A DNA stretch of 64,000 nucleotides from Candidatus Omnitrophota bacterium (lineage in GTDB: Bacteria > Omnitrophota > Gorgyraeia > Gygaellales > Profunditerraquicolaceae): assembly GCA_028713155.1 (NCBI GenBank), contig JAQTPA010000001.1:24320-88319 (forward strand), given 5' to 3'. Under the pieces are notes generated by a model. The model saw only the letters and a list, made by a program, of their open reading frames with translations. It was not told the DNA's origin and made no database searches. Positions 23,664 to 33,619 of this stretch are shown one piece after another (within the stretch, counting starts at the first letter, position 1; every line of letters starts with the position of its first letter). The position numbers and the translations under genes were made by a program.

Positions 23664-25097
23664 GTGCACGCATTATTGATTTTAGCTCCATTCTTAGGCA
23701 GCTTTATCCTGAACCTTCCTTTTAGGAAAGTAAATAAAAGGTTGAGCTTCGGAGTTTGCGCTGCCTTGTTCCTGCTGCAAATGGCCGTAATCTTAATTCC
23801 GGATTTTGGTTTAAATAAGATCAACCCGGCTGCCTTGGCTAATATTTTTAATTTTGATCTCGGGGTAGATGCTTTAAGCAAAGTTATGCTATTTTGCATC
23901 GGCCTGGTTGCTTTGGTTACTTTATGCACAAACTCTCTCTTTTTAAAGGATAGCGATGATAAGTTTAATTTTATCAATGTACTCTTAATCGCCGTTTCCG
24001 GCATGAACGGTATAGTCTTAGCCAAAGATATATTCTCTCTTTATGTATTTTTAGAGATTACCGCAGTTGCCTCCTTTATCCTGATCGCGTTTAACCGGGA
24101 GGAGCTGGGATTAGAAGGCGCATTCAAGTATATTCTGCTTTCCAGTATAGCCACGGTCTTAATGATTGCCGGTATCGCCTTATTTTTCCTGGTCAGCGGA
24201 AGCACGCATTTTGCCGCTATTCATTCTGCGCTCCTGGCCCAGGATAAGAGCCTTTTAATCAATCTGGCAATAGCCTTGTTCGTCTCAGCCTTATTTATTA
24301 AGGGTGGGCTTATGCCTTTTCACGGCTGGCTGCCGGATGCTTATAGCTCGGCGCCTGCCGCCTCATCCGTATTTTTGGCCGGCATAGTGACCAAAGCCGC
24401 CGGGGTTTATGTTTTAATCAGGATATTGGTATCCATAGCAGGTTTTAGCCTTACGCTTAAGAGCGTGCTTTTGTTTGTCGGCGCTTTTTCAGCGATTATC
24501 GGAGCAATAGCCGCGTTGACTCAGACTGATTTTAAACGTATGCTCAGCTATTCCAGTATTAGCCAGATCGGTTACATTATATTGGGCGTAGGTACGGGTA
24601 CGGTCCTGGGCCTGGCCGGAGCAGCCTTGCATATTTTTAATCACGCGGTATTTAAATCCCTGCTTTTCATGAATTCCGCGGCAGTAGAGAAAGCGCTGGG
24701 CACAAGGGATATCAGTAAAATGGGCGGTTTAGGCAGCCAGATGCCTGTAACGGGCCTGACTTCGGTTTTAGGGAGCTTATCCTGCGCAGGGATTCCGCCA
24801 TTAGCCGGTTTTTGGAGCAAATTGATAATCATCATCGCACTCTGGAGCGCCGGTTTTAAAACTTATGCGGTGATTGCCATATTAGGAAGCGTCCTGACCC
24901 TGGCTTATTTTCTCTCTCTGCAGAGAAGCGTATTTTTCGGTAAACTTAATGCCGAATTCAAGAATATTAAAGAAGCGGGTTTTAGCTTGCTATTCCCTAT
25001 GATATTACTAGGCGTCATCACCTTGGGCGTAGGCATATTCCTGCCGCTGGTGCTGGATAAATTTATCTTAAGTTTCAATGCGGTGTTAGGAGGTTAG
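23664..25097 (+). CDS. NuoM/MnhD-like antiporter-type membrane subunit
   Basis: FHGWLPDAY motif; 477 aa; multi-TM. Confidence 0.75.
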   Translation: MHALLILAPFLGSFILNLPFRKVNKRLSFGVCAALFLLQMAVILIPDFGLNKINPAALANIFNFDLGVDALSKVMLFCIGLVALVTLCTNSLFLKDSDDKFNFINVLLIAVSGMNGIVLAKDIFSLYVFLEITAVASFILIAFNREELGLEGAFKYILLSSIATVLMIAGIALFFLVSGSTHFAAIHSALLAQDKSLLINLAIALFVSALFIKGGLMPFHGWLPDAYSSAPAASSVFLAGIVTKAAGVYVLIRILVSIAGFSLTLKSVLLFVGAFSAIIGAIAALTQTDFKRMLSYSSISQIGYIILGVGTGTVLGLAGAALHIFNHAVFKSLLFMNSAAVEKALGTRDISKMGGLGSQMPVTGLTSVLGSLSCAGIPPLAGFWSKLIIIIALWSAGFKTYAVIAILGSVLTLAYFLSLQRSVFFGKLNAEFKNIKEAGFSLLFPMILLGVITLGVGIFLPLVLDKFILSFNAVLGG

Positions 25098-25098
25098 T

Positions 25099-25590
25099 TT
25101 GTTTTTAGATTTAATTATTTTAATATTGTTAGTTATTGCGGCATTATGGACGGTAATGACCAGAAGTCTTTTACGCGCAAGCCTAGGCCTGGCTCTGGTC
25201 AGCGCTATCCTGACTTTGATTATGTTCAATATGGATGCGAGTCTGGCCGCGGTATTTGAATTGTCCGTATGCGCGGGGTTAATTCCGGTTTTATTTATCA
25301 GCGTCATCAGCCTTACCCAGCCATTGACGTTTAAAGAGGCTGTTGAGCATATGCGCTCGAGGATGGCGCGTTTCTGGGAGTTGCCTTTGATCGTGCTTAT
25401 ATTAGGGGTAATCCTCGTTTTGCTCAGCGCAAAATTTAAAGCAAAATTACCTGCGCTTGAAACTCAAGCCAGCGCGCGTTTTGTCTTATGGCACTTAAGA
25501 CAACTGGATTTATTGGGCCAGATTATCATACTGTTTGGCGGGGTCTTTGGTGTAGCAGTATTATTTAAGGAAAGGAAGAAGCGTGGTTAG
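25099..25590 (+). CDS. NuoJ/MnhB-like small membrane subunit
   Basis: 'AAVFELSVCAGLIPVLFISVI' resembles the NuoJ core motif. Starts 2 nt after the NuoM-like stop (25097). Confidence 0.5.
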   Translation: MFLDLIILILLVIAALWTVMTRSLLRASLGLALVSAILTLIMFNMDASLAAVFELSVCAGLIPVLFISVISLTQPLTFKEAVEHMRSRMARFWELPLIVLILGVILVLLSAKFKAKLPALETQASARFVLWHLRQLDLLGQIIILFGGVFGVAVLFKERKKRG

Positions 25591-25876
25591 TGCAATTTTT
25601 GTCGTCCTGCTTTTGGTTATCGGCATATACTGTATCCTGGCGACGTATAACTTAATCCGGGTTTTAATCGGCGTTGAGATTTTAATTAAGGCAGTCACGC
25701 TTTTAATTATAGCGGCTGGCCGGCAAAACGGGAATATGGCCCTGGCCCAGGCAATGGTGGTCAGTATTATTGTTATCGAGGTAGTCATAATGACCATAGC
25801 CGTAGGCGTTGTCTTAGGCATCCACCGTTATAATAATTCACTGGATTCAAGGAAGATAAGGAAATTAAAAGGATAA
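25583..25876 (+). CDS. NuoK/MnhC-like membrane subunit
   Basis: 97 aa, 3 TM, typical size and pattern. Confidence 0.6.
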   Translation: MVSAIFVVLLLVIGIYCILATYNLIRVLIGVEILIKAVTLLIIAAGRQNGNMALAQAMVVSIIVIEVVIMTIAVGVVLGIHRYNNSLDSRKIRKLKG

Positions 25877-25881
25877 TTTTT

Positions 25882-26214
25882 ATGGAAAAGTACCTGGTTA
25901 ATCCTGCGGTTGTTTTTATAATAATCTTAGGGGTAATTTTTGTCCTTAACCGCTTATTCTCTAGGCTCGCCTTTCGTTCCGAAAGGTCTGCCCCCGGCCG
26001 TTGTGAATCTTACGCCTGCGGAGAGAAGAATTTTGACAATACCGCCCAGCCGGATTACAGCCAGTTCTTTTCTTTTGTTTTTTTCTTTACGCTGGCGCAC
26101 GTAGCCACCCTGATTGTTACCAGCATACCACTGGTAGACGCCGGAACATTGGTTTTGGCAATGTTTTATATTATCGGCGGGATTATCAGCTTGTATATAT
26201 TATTAAGAAAATAG
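25882..26214 (+). CDS. NuoA-like membrane subunit
   Basis: 'SYACGEKNF...FFSFVFFFTLAHVAT' matches the NuoA PYECG/F-rich pattern. Confidence 0.55.
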   Translation: MEKYLVNPAVVFIIILGVIFVLNRLFSRLAFRSERSAPGRCESYACGEKNFDNTAQPDYSQFFSFVFFFTLAHVATLIVTSIPLVDAGTLVLAMFYIIGGIISLYILLRK

Positions 26215-26223
26215 GCAGGCAGG

Positions 26224-26682
26224 ATGAGTTTAATTAAAAAAATAGTTACCTGGGCAAGAATAAAGTCGCCGTGGATTTTGCATTTTAATACCGGTGCCTG
26301 TAATGCCTGTGACATTGAGCTTATTGCTGCGCTTACTCCCAGATACGACCTGGAGCGTTTTGGGGTAATTTTAAAAGGCACGCCGCGCCATGCGGATATA
26401 CTGGTTTGTTCCGGGCCAGTGACTAAACAAATAGAAGATAGATTACGCCGGATTTATGAACAAATGCCCGAGCCCAAATTCGTGGTGGCGGTAGGCACCT
26501 GCGCTTGTTCCGGCGGGGTGTTTGACGGTTGCTATAATGTGGACTCGGGGATTGATAAGGTTATTCCGGTCTCAGCATATATTCCGGGCTGCCCGGCCAG
26601 CCCCAAGGCGCTTATTGACGGCGTAGCTAAACTTTTAACCAGCCTGGAAGAAAAAGAAGAAACCAAAAGGAGCGGGAGGTAG
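26224..26682 (+). CDS. group-4 [NiFe] hydrogenase small subunit (NuoB-like)
   Basis: Hydrogenase-type CxxC (GACNACD) rather than the NuoB CC motif. GTCACSGG and PGCP are also present. Confidence 0.75.
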   Translation: MSLIKKIVTWARIKSPWILHFNTGACNACDIELIAALTPRYDLERFGVILKGTPRHADILVCSGPVTKQIEDRLRRIYEQMPEPKFVVAVGTCACSGGVFDGCYNVDSGIDKVIPVSAYIPGCPASPKALIDGVAKLLTSLEEKEETKRSGR

Positions 26683-26686
26683 AGGA

Positions 26687-27142
26687 ATGACCCAGGAGGA
26701 AAAAATTAAAGAGAGCCTAGTGAATAAATTCAATTATCTTAGCGTTTCCATCAAGATAGTCCGGCCTCGGCGTATATCTATTGAAGTCAGTTTGGATAAT
26801 TTTGAGCCGGTCTTTGCCTATTTGGCCAGGGACCTGCAATTTTCGCATTTATGCACCATAACCGGGCTGGATGAACCGGAAAAATTAAGTTTCATCTACC
26901 ATTTGGCTGCTGATTCAGGAGTTTTGATTAATCTGAAGATAGCTCTCCCCAAAAGCTCTCCCACACTCAAAACTGTTACTCCTTATTTTCCGGGCGCGGA
27001 GATCTACGAAAGGGAACTGGTAGATTTATTCGGAGCAAAAATCGAAGGGTTGCCTTCCGGCCACCGTTACCCACTGACTGATGACTGGCCGGTTGATCAG
27101 TTTCCTTTAAGAAAAGAATGGAAGGCGGACAAAAATGCATGA
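26687..27142 (+). CDS. NuoC-like subunit of energy-converting hydrogenase
   Basis: Sits between the NuoB-like and NuoD-like genes. 151 aa, soluble. Confidence 0.6.
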   Translation: MTQEEKIKESLVNKFNYLSVSIKIVRPRRISIEVSLDNFEPVFAYLARDLQFSHLCTITGLDEPEKLSFIYHLAADSGVLINLKIALPKSSPTLKTVTPYFPGAEIYERELVDLFGAKIEGLPSGHRYPLTDDWPVDQFPLRKEWKADKNA

Positions 27143-28370
27143 TTCTAAAGATTTTAAGATCCCCATCGGGCCGCAGCACCCGGCATTAAAAGAGCCGGAA
27201 GGTTTTAGCGTGGCGCTTAAGGGAGAGAAGATCCTCGGAGTAGATATCCGTTTAGGTTATAATCACCGCGGGATAGAAAAAGCTGCCGAAGAGAGGACCT
27301 ATGTGCAGGATATTTACCTGATTGAGCGCGTCTGCGGCATCTGCTCGCATTCCCACTCCACCTGTTTTGTGCAAGCGGTTGAAGAGATTGCCGGTTTAGC
27401 TGTGCCTAACCGTGCACTTTATATCCGCACGATTATCGCTGAATTGGAAAGGATCCACAGCCATCTTTTGTGGCTGGGCGTGGCCGGCCATGAGATCGGT
27501 TTTGATACGCTGCTTATGTATTCCTGGCGGGACAGGGAAGTCGTCATGGATATCCTTGCTGCTATTACCGGTAACCGGGTCAATTACGGAATGAATACTA
27601 TCGGCGGAGTGCGCCGGGATATAGACGCTCAGCAAGCCGAAGATATACTTAAAGCCCTTACTATATTGGAAGAAAGAACCAAATATTATATTGAAGTTGC
27701 GACGCAAGAAACGACGATAATCAAGAGATTATCCGGAGTGGGGGTTTTATCCCGCGAAGATGTCTTACGCCTGGATGCGGTAGGCCCGACTGCCCGCGCC
27801 TCCGGAGTTAAGCGCGATGTCCGGGCTGATGACCCATATGCGGCCTACGCCGAACTTTCTTTTGAGGTAATTACGGATGACCACGCCGATGTTTATGGCC
27901 GGACAGTAGTAAGAGTAAAAGAGCTTATGGAGTCCTACAAGATAATCCGCCAGGCGCTGAAAAATTTACCCACTGGTCTTTTAACGGTAAGGGCGCCGCG
28001 CAAAATTCCTGTCGGAGAAGCAATCAGCCGTTATGAAGCTCCGCGCGGAGAAGATGTGCATTATGTTAAATCTAACGGCACGGAGAAACCGGAAAGGGTC
28101 AAAATCCGGGCGCCTACCCTGGCTAATGTCCAGGCAGTAAAGCATATGTTGCGCGATAGGTACCTCGCGGATATGCCTATTGTGGTTGCGGCAATTGACC
28201 CCTGTTTTTCCTGCACCGACCGCACGGTCGCCTTAAAAGAAGAGGATTGCGCCAGGGCCAAAGTAATCAACTGGCAGGCCCTGCACGCTTTTAGCATTGA
28301 ATGGTATAAACAGCAGGGAATAGATTTTACCGAGCTGAATAAAAAACTTCAAGATAGGTTAAAGGGGTAA
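27135..28370 (+). CDS. group-4 [NiFe] hydrogenase large subunit (NuoD-like) with intact Ni-Fe ligand motifs
   Basis: N-terminal L1 motif RVCGICSHSH (RxCGxCxxxH). C-terminal L2 motif DPCFSCTDR (DPCxxCxxR). Confidence 0.8.
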   Translation: MHDSKDFKIPIGPQHPALKEPEGFSVALKGEKILGVDIRLGYNHRGIEKAAEERTYVQDIYLIERVCGICSHSHSTCFVQAVEEIAGLAVPNRALYIRTIIAELERIHSHLLWLGVAGHEIGFDTLLMYSWRDREVVMDILAAITGNRVNYGMNTIGGVRRDIDAQQAEDILKALTILEERTKYYIEVATQETTIIKRLSGVGVLSREDVLRLDAVGPTARASGVKRDVRADDPYAAYAELSFEVITDDHADVYGRTVVRVKELMESYKIIRQALKNLPTGLLTVRAPRKIPVGEAISRYEAPRGEDVHYVKSNGTEKPERVKIRAPTLANVQAVKHMLRDRYLADMPIVVAAIDPCFSCTDRTVALKEEDCARAKVINWQALHAFSIEWYKQQGIDFTELNKKLQDRLKG

Positions 28371-28372
28371 TT

Positions 28373-29314
28373 ATGTTAGGAGCATTATTTTATATTCTTA
28401 TATTTCCGGGGTTCCTATTCCTGGTATTTTCAGGTCTGACCGCGGAATTTATTGACCGCAAGATTTATGCCCGGCTGCAGAATAGGGTCGGACCGCCCTG
28501 GTTTCAAGCCTATGCGGATTTTATCAAGCTTTTGGCTAAAGAGGATATCGTACCGGCTGAATCCAACCCGAAGATGTTTAAGGTAGCTCCGGTATTTGCC
28601 TTAACTGCCGCGATAACCGCATTTCTCTATATACCGCTCTGGGGTAAAGAGGCGTTACTTTCTTTTAACGGCGATGTTATTATCGTGCTTTATTTATTGA
28701 CCCTGCCTACGCTGGCATTTTTCATCGGCGGTTGGTATTCTACTTCCTTATACTCCCGGTTAGGGGCGGTGCGTTCGCTGATGCAGTTATTTGCCTACGA
28801 AGTCCCTTTGTTTATGGGGATACTGGCTTCTGCGCTTTTAGCGGATACCTGGTCATTAAAGGAGATGGTTGTTTTCTATACGGCGCATCCCTGGTTCTGG
28901 ATGTTTAACTTGATGGGCTTTGCCATATCCCTGGTTAGTTTATTAGGAAAGCTGGAGAAGGTTCCTTTTGATATACCGGAAGCAGAGACAGAAGTAGTTG
29001 CCGGCGGCTTCACTGAATATAGCGGCAGGATGCTGGCCTACTTAAGATTAACTTTAGATGTAGAAATGGTCGTGGGAAGCAGCCTTTTGGCGTTGGTCTT
29101 TTTTCCTTTCGGGTTAAATCTTGGCCCTCTGCCGGGATTCCTGCTTTTTCTCCTTAAAGTTTTGTTTATTATAGGCTTAATTTCGTTGCTGCGTACGGTT
29201 GTGGCGCGTCTGCGTATAGACCAGATGATTAACTTCTGCTGGAAATACCTGGTGCCCCTGGCGCTGTTACAGATTTTATTTAATCTTATCCTGAAAGGAA
29301 CGCTTTTAAGATGA
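28373..29314 (+). CDS. NuoH-like membrane subunit
   Basis: 313 aa multi-TM protein in the NuoH position; a conserved Arg/Glu-rich loop is present. Confidence 0.65.
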   Translation: MLGALFYILIFPGFLFLVFSGLTAEFIDRKIYARLQNRVGPPWFQAYADFIKLLAKEDIVPAESNPKMFKVAPVFALTAAITAFLYIPLWGKEALLSFNGDVIIVLYLLTLPTLAFFIGGWYSTSLYSRLGAVRSLMQLFAYEVPLFMGILASALLADTWSLKEMVVFYTAHPWFWMFNLMGFAISLVSLLGKLEKVPFDIPEAETEVVAGGFTEYSGRMLAYLRLTLDVEMVVGSSLLALVFFPFGLNLGPLPGFLLFLLKVLFIIGLISLLRTVVARLRIDQMINFCWKYLVPLALLQILFNLILKGTLLR

Positions 29315-29697
29315 GACCGGCTAAGATGTTAAGAGAGGTACTCGGTTCTATTTTTAAGAAGCCGGCTACGAACCTCTATCCGGCTCAAAAATTAGATATG
29401 CCGGATAAATTCCGCGGTAAATTAAAATTTTATCCTGAGCGCTGTATTGGCTGTAAAATGTGCATGCGCGATTGTCCGACCAACGCTATTACTATCAACA
29501 AGTTGGCTGAAAATAAATTTGAAGCTGTATTTGACTTAAGCCGCTGTATATATTGTGCGCAATGCGTAGATTCCTGCCCGAAAAAAGCGCTTGAGCCGAC
29601 TAAAGAGGTAGAGCTGGCCGAACTTGATAAGAATAAATTGAGAGTTGTCTTTAGGGCAGGCGATACGGATAATTCAATTAAGAAGAATGATAAATGA
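29311..29697 (+). CDS. NuoI-like 2x[4Fe-4S] ferredoxin subunit
   Basis: CIGCKMCMRDCP and CIYCAQCVDSCP. Confidence 0.8.
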   Translation: MRPAKMLREVLGSIFKKPATNLYPAQKLDMPDKFRGKLKFYPERCIGCKMCMRDCPTNAITINKLAENKFEAVFDLSRCIYCAQCVDSCPKKALEPTKEVELAELDKNKLRVVFRAGDTDNSIKKNDK

Positions 29698-30289
29698 AGC
29701 TGTTCTGCAGAATGATATAGTAGGATTGATTACGCGCTTCGGCGACCTGGGTGTATTTTTAGCGATGTTCTTTGAGTCGAGCATTGTACCCTTACCTTCC
29801 GAAATAGTTTTAATCAGTGCCGGAGCGATTGGTATCCCTTTGGCTTCGGTAGTTATCTTTGGCGCTTTAGGCTCAACTTTAGGCGCGATGGTGGGTTATT
29901 CCCTGGGAAGGTATGCGGCCATGCCGGTATTATTAAAGTTCGGCAAATTCATATTAATTAAGCCTCACCATATCTATAAAGCGGAGGAGTTTGCCAGAAA
30001 ATACGGCATAGCCAGCGTTCTTATCGGAAGGGTCCTGCCGATAGTCCCTTTTAAGGTTTTTTCCATTGCCGCCGGCATCACCCGCCTTTCTTTTGTTCCG
30101 TTTGTATTATGTACCTTAATCGGTGTTTTGCCCAGGATCCTTATTTTAGCGGTTTTTGGTTCAGCGATAATCAAACATACCAAGGTAATCGTGATTTTAG
30201 CTGTTTTTGCGGTGCTCATCTTTATTGCTTTTAAGGTAACACATTTGTTGTATGAAAAACGAAAAGTTAAACCCAAAGGAGGTTCCTGA
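29687..30289 (+). CDS. DedA/SNARE-associated family membrane protein
   Basis: 'GVFLAMFFESSIVPLPSEIVLISAGA' is the DedA signature. ATG 29687 chosen; the track starts at a TTG at 29645. Confidence 0.6.
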   Translation: MINEAVLQNDIVGLITRFGDLGVFLAMFFESSIVPLPSEIVLISAGAIGIPLASVVIFGALGSTLGAMVGYSLGRYAAMPVLLKFGKFILIKPHHIYKAEEFARKYGIASVLIGRVLPIVPFKVFSIAAGITRLSFVPFVLCTLIGVLPRILILAVFGSAIIKHTKVIVILAVFAVLIFIAFKVTHLLYEKRKVKPKGGS

Positions 30290-30897
30290 TGACCATATGG
30301 CAGATGCTTAAAAGTGGCGGCATAACCATATATATTCTTTTAGCTTGCTCGGTTCTTTCGCTGGCCATTATTATAGAAAGGTATGTTTATTACCGCCGCC
30401 GGTCCCGCATCAAGAAAGTGGATTTTATGCTGGAGGTAAGCCGGGAGCTGGGCAAGGGTGACGTTAAAAATGCCCTGGAGGTCTGTAAAAAAACCGATAC
30501 TCCATTTTCCAGCGTGGTATATTCGGGTTTAAATTTACACGGCCATAATGAGATGCTCATTTCCAATACAATGGAAAGAGAAATAACGGTGGAGACAATG
30601 AAGCTGGAGAAATATACCAGCGTTGTCGGGACTATCGGGAGTACCTCTGTTTATATAGGCCTCTTTGGCACCGTGTTGGGGATTATCCGGGCCTTCCACG
30701 ATATATCCATGAGCGGCTCAGGAGGTATAAGCGTAGTTATCAGCGGTATCTCTGAATCGCTGGCCTGTACGGCGATGGGTTTATGCGTGGCCGTGCCGGC
30801 GGTTATTGCCTACAACTATTTCACCAAGAAGATTGATAATTTTATCAGCGACATGGAGCTGTGCGCTTCCGAGGTTATGGATTTATTAAAAGGTTAG
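30289..30897 (+). CDS. exbB: MotA/TolQ/ExbB proton-channel family protein
   Basis: 3 TM. The C-terminal 'SGISESLACTAMGLCVAVPAVIAYNYF' is typical of TolQ/ExbB. Confidence 0.7.
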   Translation: MTIWQMLKSGGITIYILLACSVLSLAIIIERYVYYRRRSRIKKVDFMLEVSRELGKGDVKNALEVCKKTDTPFSSVVYSGLNLHGHNEMLISNTMEREITVETMKLEKYTSVVGTIGSTSVYIGLFGTVLGIIRAFHDISMSGSGGISVVISGISESLACTAMGLCVAVPAVIAYNYFTKKIDNFISDMELCASEVMDLLKG

Positions 30898-30904
30898 AAG
30901 GAAA

Positions 30905-31312
30905 ATGAATTTACGTTCGCGTAAGCAAAGGCTGATCGCCGAGATAAATATAACTCCCTTTACCGATGTTATTCTGGTTTTGTTGATCATTTTTATGATT
31001 ACGACGCCTTTGATCCTGCAATCGAGCCTTAAGGTGAACCTCCCGCAGGCTAAGAGCGCTTCGCCGATACGGGATATGGGGCCGATCAACATTGTTATTA
31101 CTAATACAGGTGCGGTATATGTGGACGGGGCAATGGCCACGCGTAAGGAATTACGCGAGAGGGTTTATGCCCGGCGTAAAAATGATCCTTCCGTGGGTGT
31201 AGTGGTCAGTTCGGACAGGCTGGTGCGTTTTAAAGATATCGTGGATATCCTGGATATTTTAAATGCCAGCGGAATAAAAAATCTTAATATTGCGGCAATA
31301 ACTGAAGGATAA
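30905..31312 (+). CDS. exbD: ExbD/TolR biopolymer transport protein
   Basis: The N-terminal 'INITPFTDVILVLLIIFMITTP' is the ExbD/TolR signature. 135 aa. Confidence 0.75.
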   Translation: MNLRSRKQRLIAEINITPFTDVILVLLIIFMITTPLILQSSLKVNLPQAKSASPIRDMGPINIVITNTGAVYVDGAMATRKELRERVYARRKNDPSVGVVVSSDRLVRFKDIVDILDILNASGIKNLNIAAITEG

Positions 31313-31330
31313 GAAAGGAGAAGTAGCAAG

Positions 31331-33613
31331 ATGTTAGGTTTAATGAATGCGAGTGTTTTTGAAATGGTCGCGATTTGGGGCGTTCTTTTAATTGCTTTTC
31401 TAGGGTTAGCTTATGCTTTGTTATTGCGTAAACAGGTTTTAGCCCATGATAAAGGGACTCAAGGCATGCAGGACGTCTGGAACGCCATACGCTTAGGAGC
31501 GGACGCGTACCTCAGCCGTCAGTTAAAAAGCATATTGCCTTTGATCTTGGTCCTTACCGCTGTTTTATTCTTTTCGGTATATATCATTCCTCCGAGCGAA
31601 GAGGCATTAAAACGTTTTAGTAATTTTACTCCGGATGTGGTCCGGCTTATTGTTGGTTTGGGCAGGGCCGTGGCATTCGTTATGGGCGCATTTTTCTCGC
31701 TTAGCGTAGGCCAATTCGGCATGCGTATGGCAGTTGAAGGTAATGTGCGCGTAGCTTCGGCCAGCCGCAGGAGTTTTGGCGAGGCCTTAAAAATAGCGTA
31801 TCGCACCGGCACCATTACCGGTATGCTTACCGACGGGCTTGGCCTTTTAGGCGGCACGGTGATCTTTATTATTTTCGGGATTGCTTCTCCCGACGTATTA
31901 TTAGGATTTGGTTTTGGCGGGACACTCCTGGCACTCTTTATGCGCGTCGGAGGCGGAATATATACTAAGGCAGCAGATGTAGGAGCTGACCTGGTCGGTA
32001 AAGTAGAAAAGAATATTCCCGAAGACGATCCGAGGAATGCCGCGGTCATCGCTGACCTCGTGGGCGATAATGTCGGCGATTGCGCGGGTATGGCCGCGGA
32101 TATATTTGAATCTTATGAAGTAACGATTGTTTCCGGTTTAATCTTAGGTTTAGCCCTGGTCGGCATAACCGGCGAATTAAAATGGATTGTTTTTCCGCTA
32201 TTAGTGCGCGGCATCGGGGTGCTTTCTTCAATTATCGGAACGTACCTGGTTAAAGGAAGCAAGAAAGACGCTAAGGGGGGCGATGCGTTTAAGAGTATAA
32301 ACCGCGGGTTTTATTCGTCTGCCGCGATTTCGGTCGGAGCTTTTTTATTTTTAGCCCATTATTATATGCACGAATGGCGGGCATTCTTCTCCGTCGCCAT
32401 AGGTATAGTCCTGGCTATCGTCATTGATGAAATAACCAAATATTTTACCCATACACACCATGCCCCGGTTAAAGAAATCGCCGGTTCGTCCAGGACAGGT
32501 GCGGCAACTTTGATTTTGCGTGGCATATCCATCGGCCTGGAGTCCAGTGCCTGGCAGCTTGTAGTTATCGCGCTTACTATCATGGCCGCTATCGTGATTT
32601 ATTGGGGCCAACCCGTTGTGTTTGTACTTTACGGAGTAGCCATGACTGGTATCGGTATGCTTACCTTAACCGGTAATAATGTAGCGATGGATTCATTCGG
32701 GCCGATAGTGGATAATGCTAACGGCATCGGCGAGATGGCCCATTTGGAGCCGCAGGCGCGCAAGATTATGGCTGACCTGGATGCTGTAGGAAATACCACT
32801 AAGGCCATCACTAAAGGTGTGGCCATAGGTTCGGCAGTAATTGCTGCGGTTTCTTTGTTTGGCGCTTTTTTAACCGATGTAACCAAGGTCCAGGCGCAGA
32901 TGGGCATAGCCGAATCTTTACGGCTTCTGACTACGGGTATCCGGGTTTCTGAGCCGATTGTTTTTGTCGGCGTTTTAATCGGCGCGGCAATTCCCTGTTT
33001 ATTTTCCAGCCTGATGATTAATTCCGTAGCTCGAGCAGCAGCACTGATTGTTGAGGAAGTGCGTAAGCAGTTTCATACTCCGGGATTAATGGAAGGAAAA
33101 GTCAAGCCGGATTATAAAAAAGCGGTAGATATCTGCACGATATCCGCGCAGAAAGAACTTGTCGGTCTGGCTTTAATCGCGGTGCTAAGCCCGCTTTTAA
33201 TCGGTATGGTTTTAAGGGTTGAGGCTTTAGGTGGATTTCTTGCCGGCGTAATTGTTTCCGGCCAGCTTTTGGCGGTCTTTATGGCTACCGCCGGCGGCGC
33301 CTGGGATAACGCCAAGAAGACTATTGAAGACGGTTTATACGGAGGTAAAGGTTCCGAATGCCATAAGGCCTGTGTTGTCGGCGATACTGTCGGCGATCCT
33401 TTGAAGGATACTTCCGGGCCGGCCTTAAACCCGATGATCAAGGTAATCAACATGGTTTCGTTATTGGCTGCGCCTATAATTATTCACTACCGCATAACCA
33501 GCCCGGGTGTTATAATCAGTATTACGCTTTGCGTGGTCGTGATATTTGGGGCTATAGTTTATTCCAAGCATGGGGTTTTAAGCTTTAAAAAGAAGAGCGA
33601 AGCAGGTTTTTAA
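31331..33613 (+). CDS. hppA: membrane-bound H+ (or Na+)-translocating pyrophosphatase
   Basis: GDNVGDCAGMAADIFESYEV and DNAKKTIEDG...GDTVGDPLKDTSGP motifs. 760 aa. Confidence 0.95.
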   Translation: MLGLMNASVFEMVAIWGVLLIAFLGLAYALLLRKQVLAHDKGTQGMQDVWNAIRLGADAYLSRQLKSILPLILVLTAVLFFSVYIIPPSEEALKRFSNFTPDVVRLIVGLGRAVAFVMGAFFSLSVGQFGMRMAVEGNVRVASASRRSFGEALKIAYRTGTITGMLTDGLGLLGGTVIFIIFGIASPDVLLGFGFGGTLLALFMRVGGGIYTKAADVGADLVGKVEKNIPEDDPRNAAVIADLVGDNVGDCAGMAADIFESYEVTIVSGLILGLALVGITGELKWIVFPLLVRGIGVLSSIIGTYLVKGSKKDAKGGDAFKSINRGFYSSAAISVGAFLFLAHYYMHEWRAFFSVAIGIVLAIVIDEITKYFTHTHHAPVKEIAGSSRTGAATLILRGISIGLESSAWQLVVIALTIMAAIVIYWGQPVVFVLYGVAMTGIGMLTLTGNNVAMDSFGPIVDNANGIGEMAHLEPQARKIMADLDAVGNTTKAITKGVAIGSAVIAAVSLFGAFLTDVTKVQAQMGIAESLRLLTTGIRVSEPIVFVGVLIGAAIPCLFSSLMINSVARAAALIVEEVRKQFHTPGLMEGKVKPDYKKAVDICTISAQKELVGLALIAVLSPLLIGMVLRVEALGGFLAGVIVSGQLLAVFMATAGGAWDNAKKTIEDGLYGGKGSECHKACVVGDTVGDPLKDTSGPALNPMIKVINMVSLLAAPIIIHYRITSPGVIISITLCVVVIFGAIVYSKHGVLSFKKKSEAGF

Positions 33614-33619
33614 TAAAAG

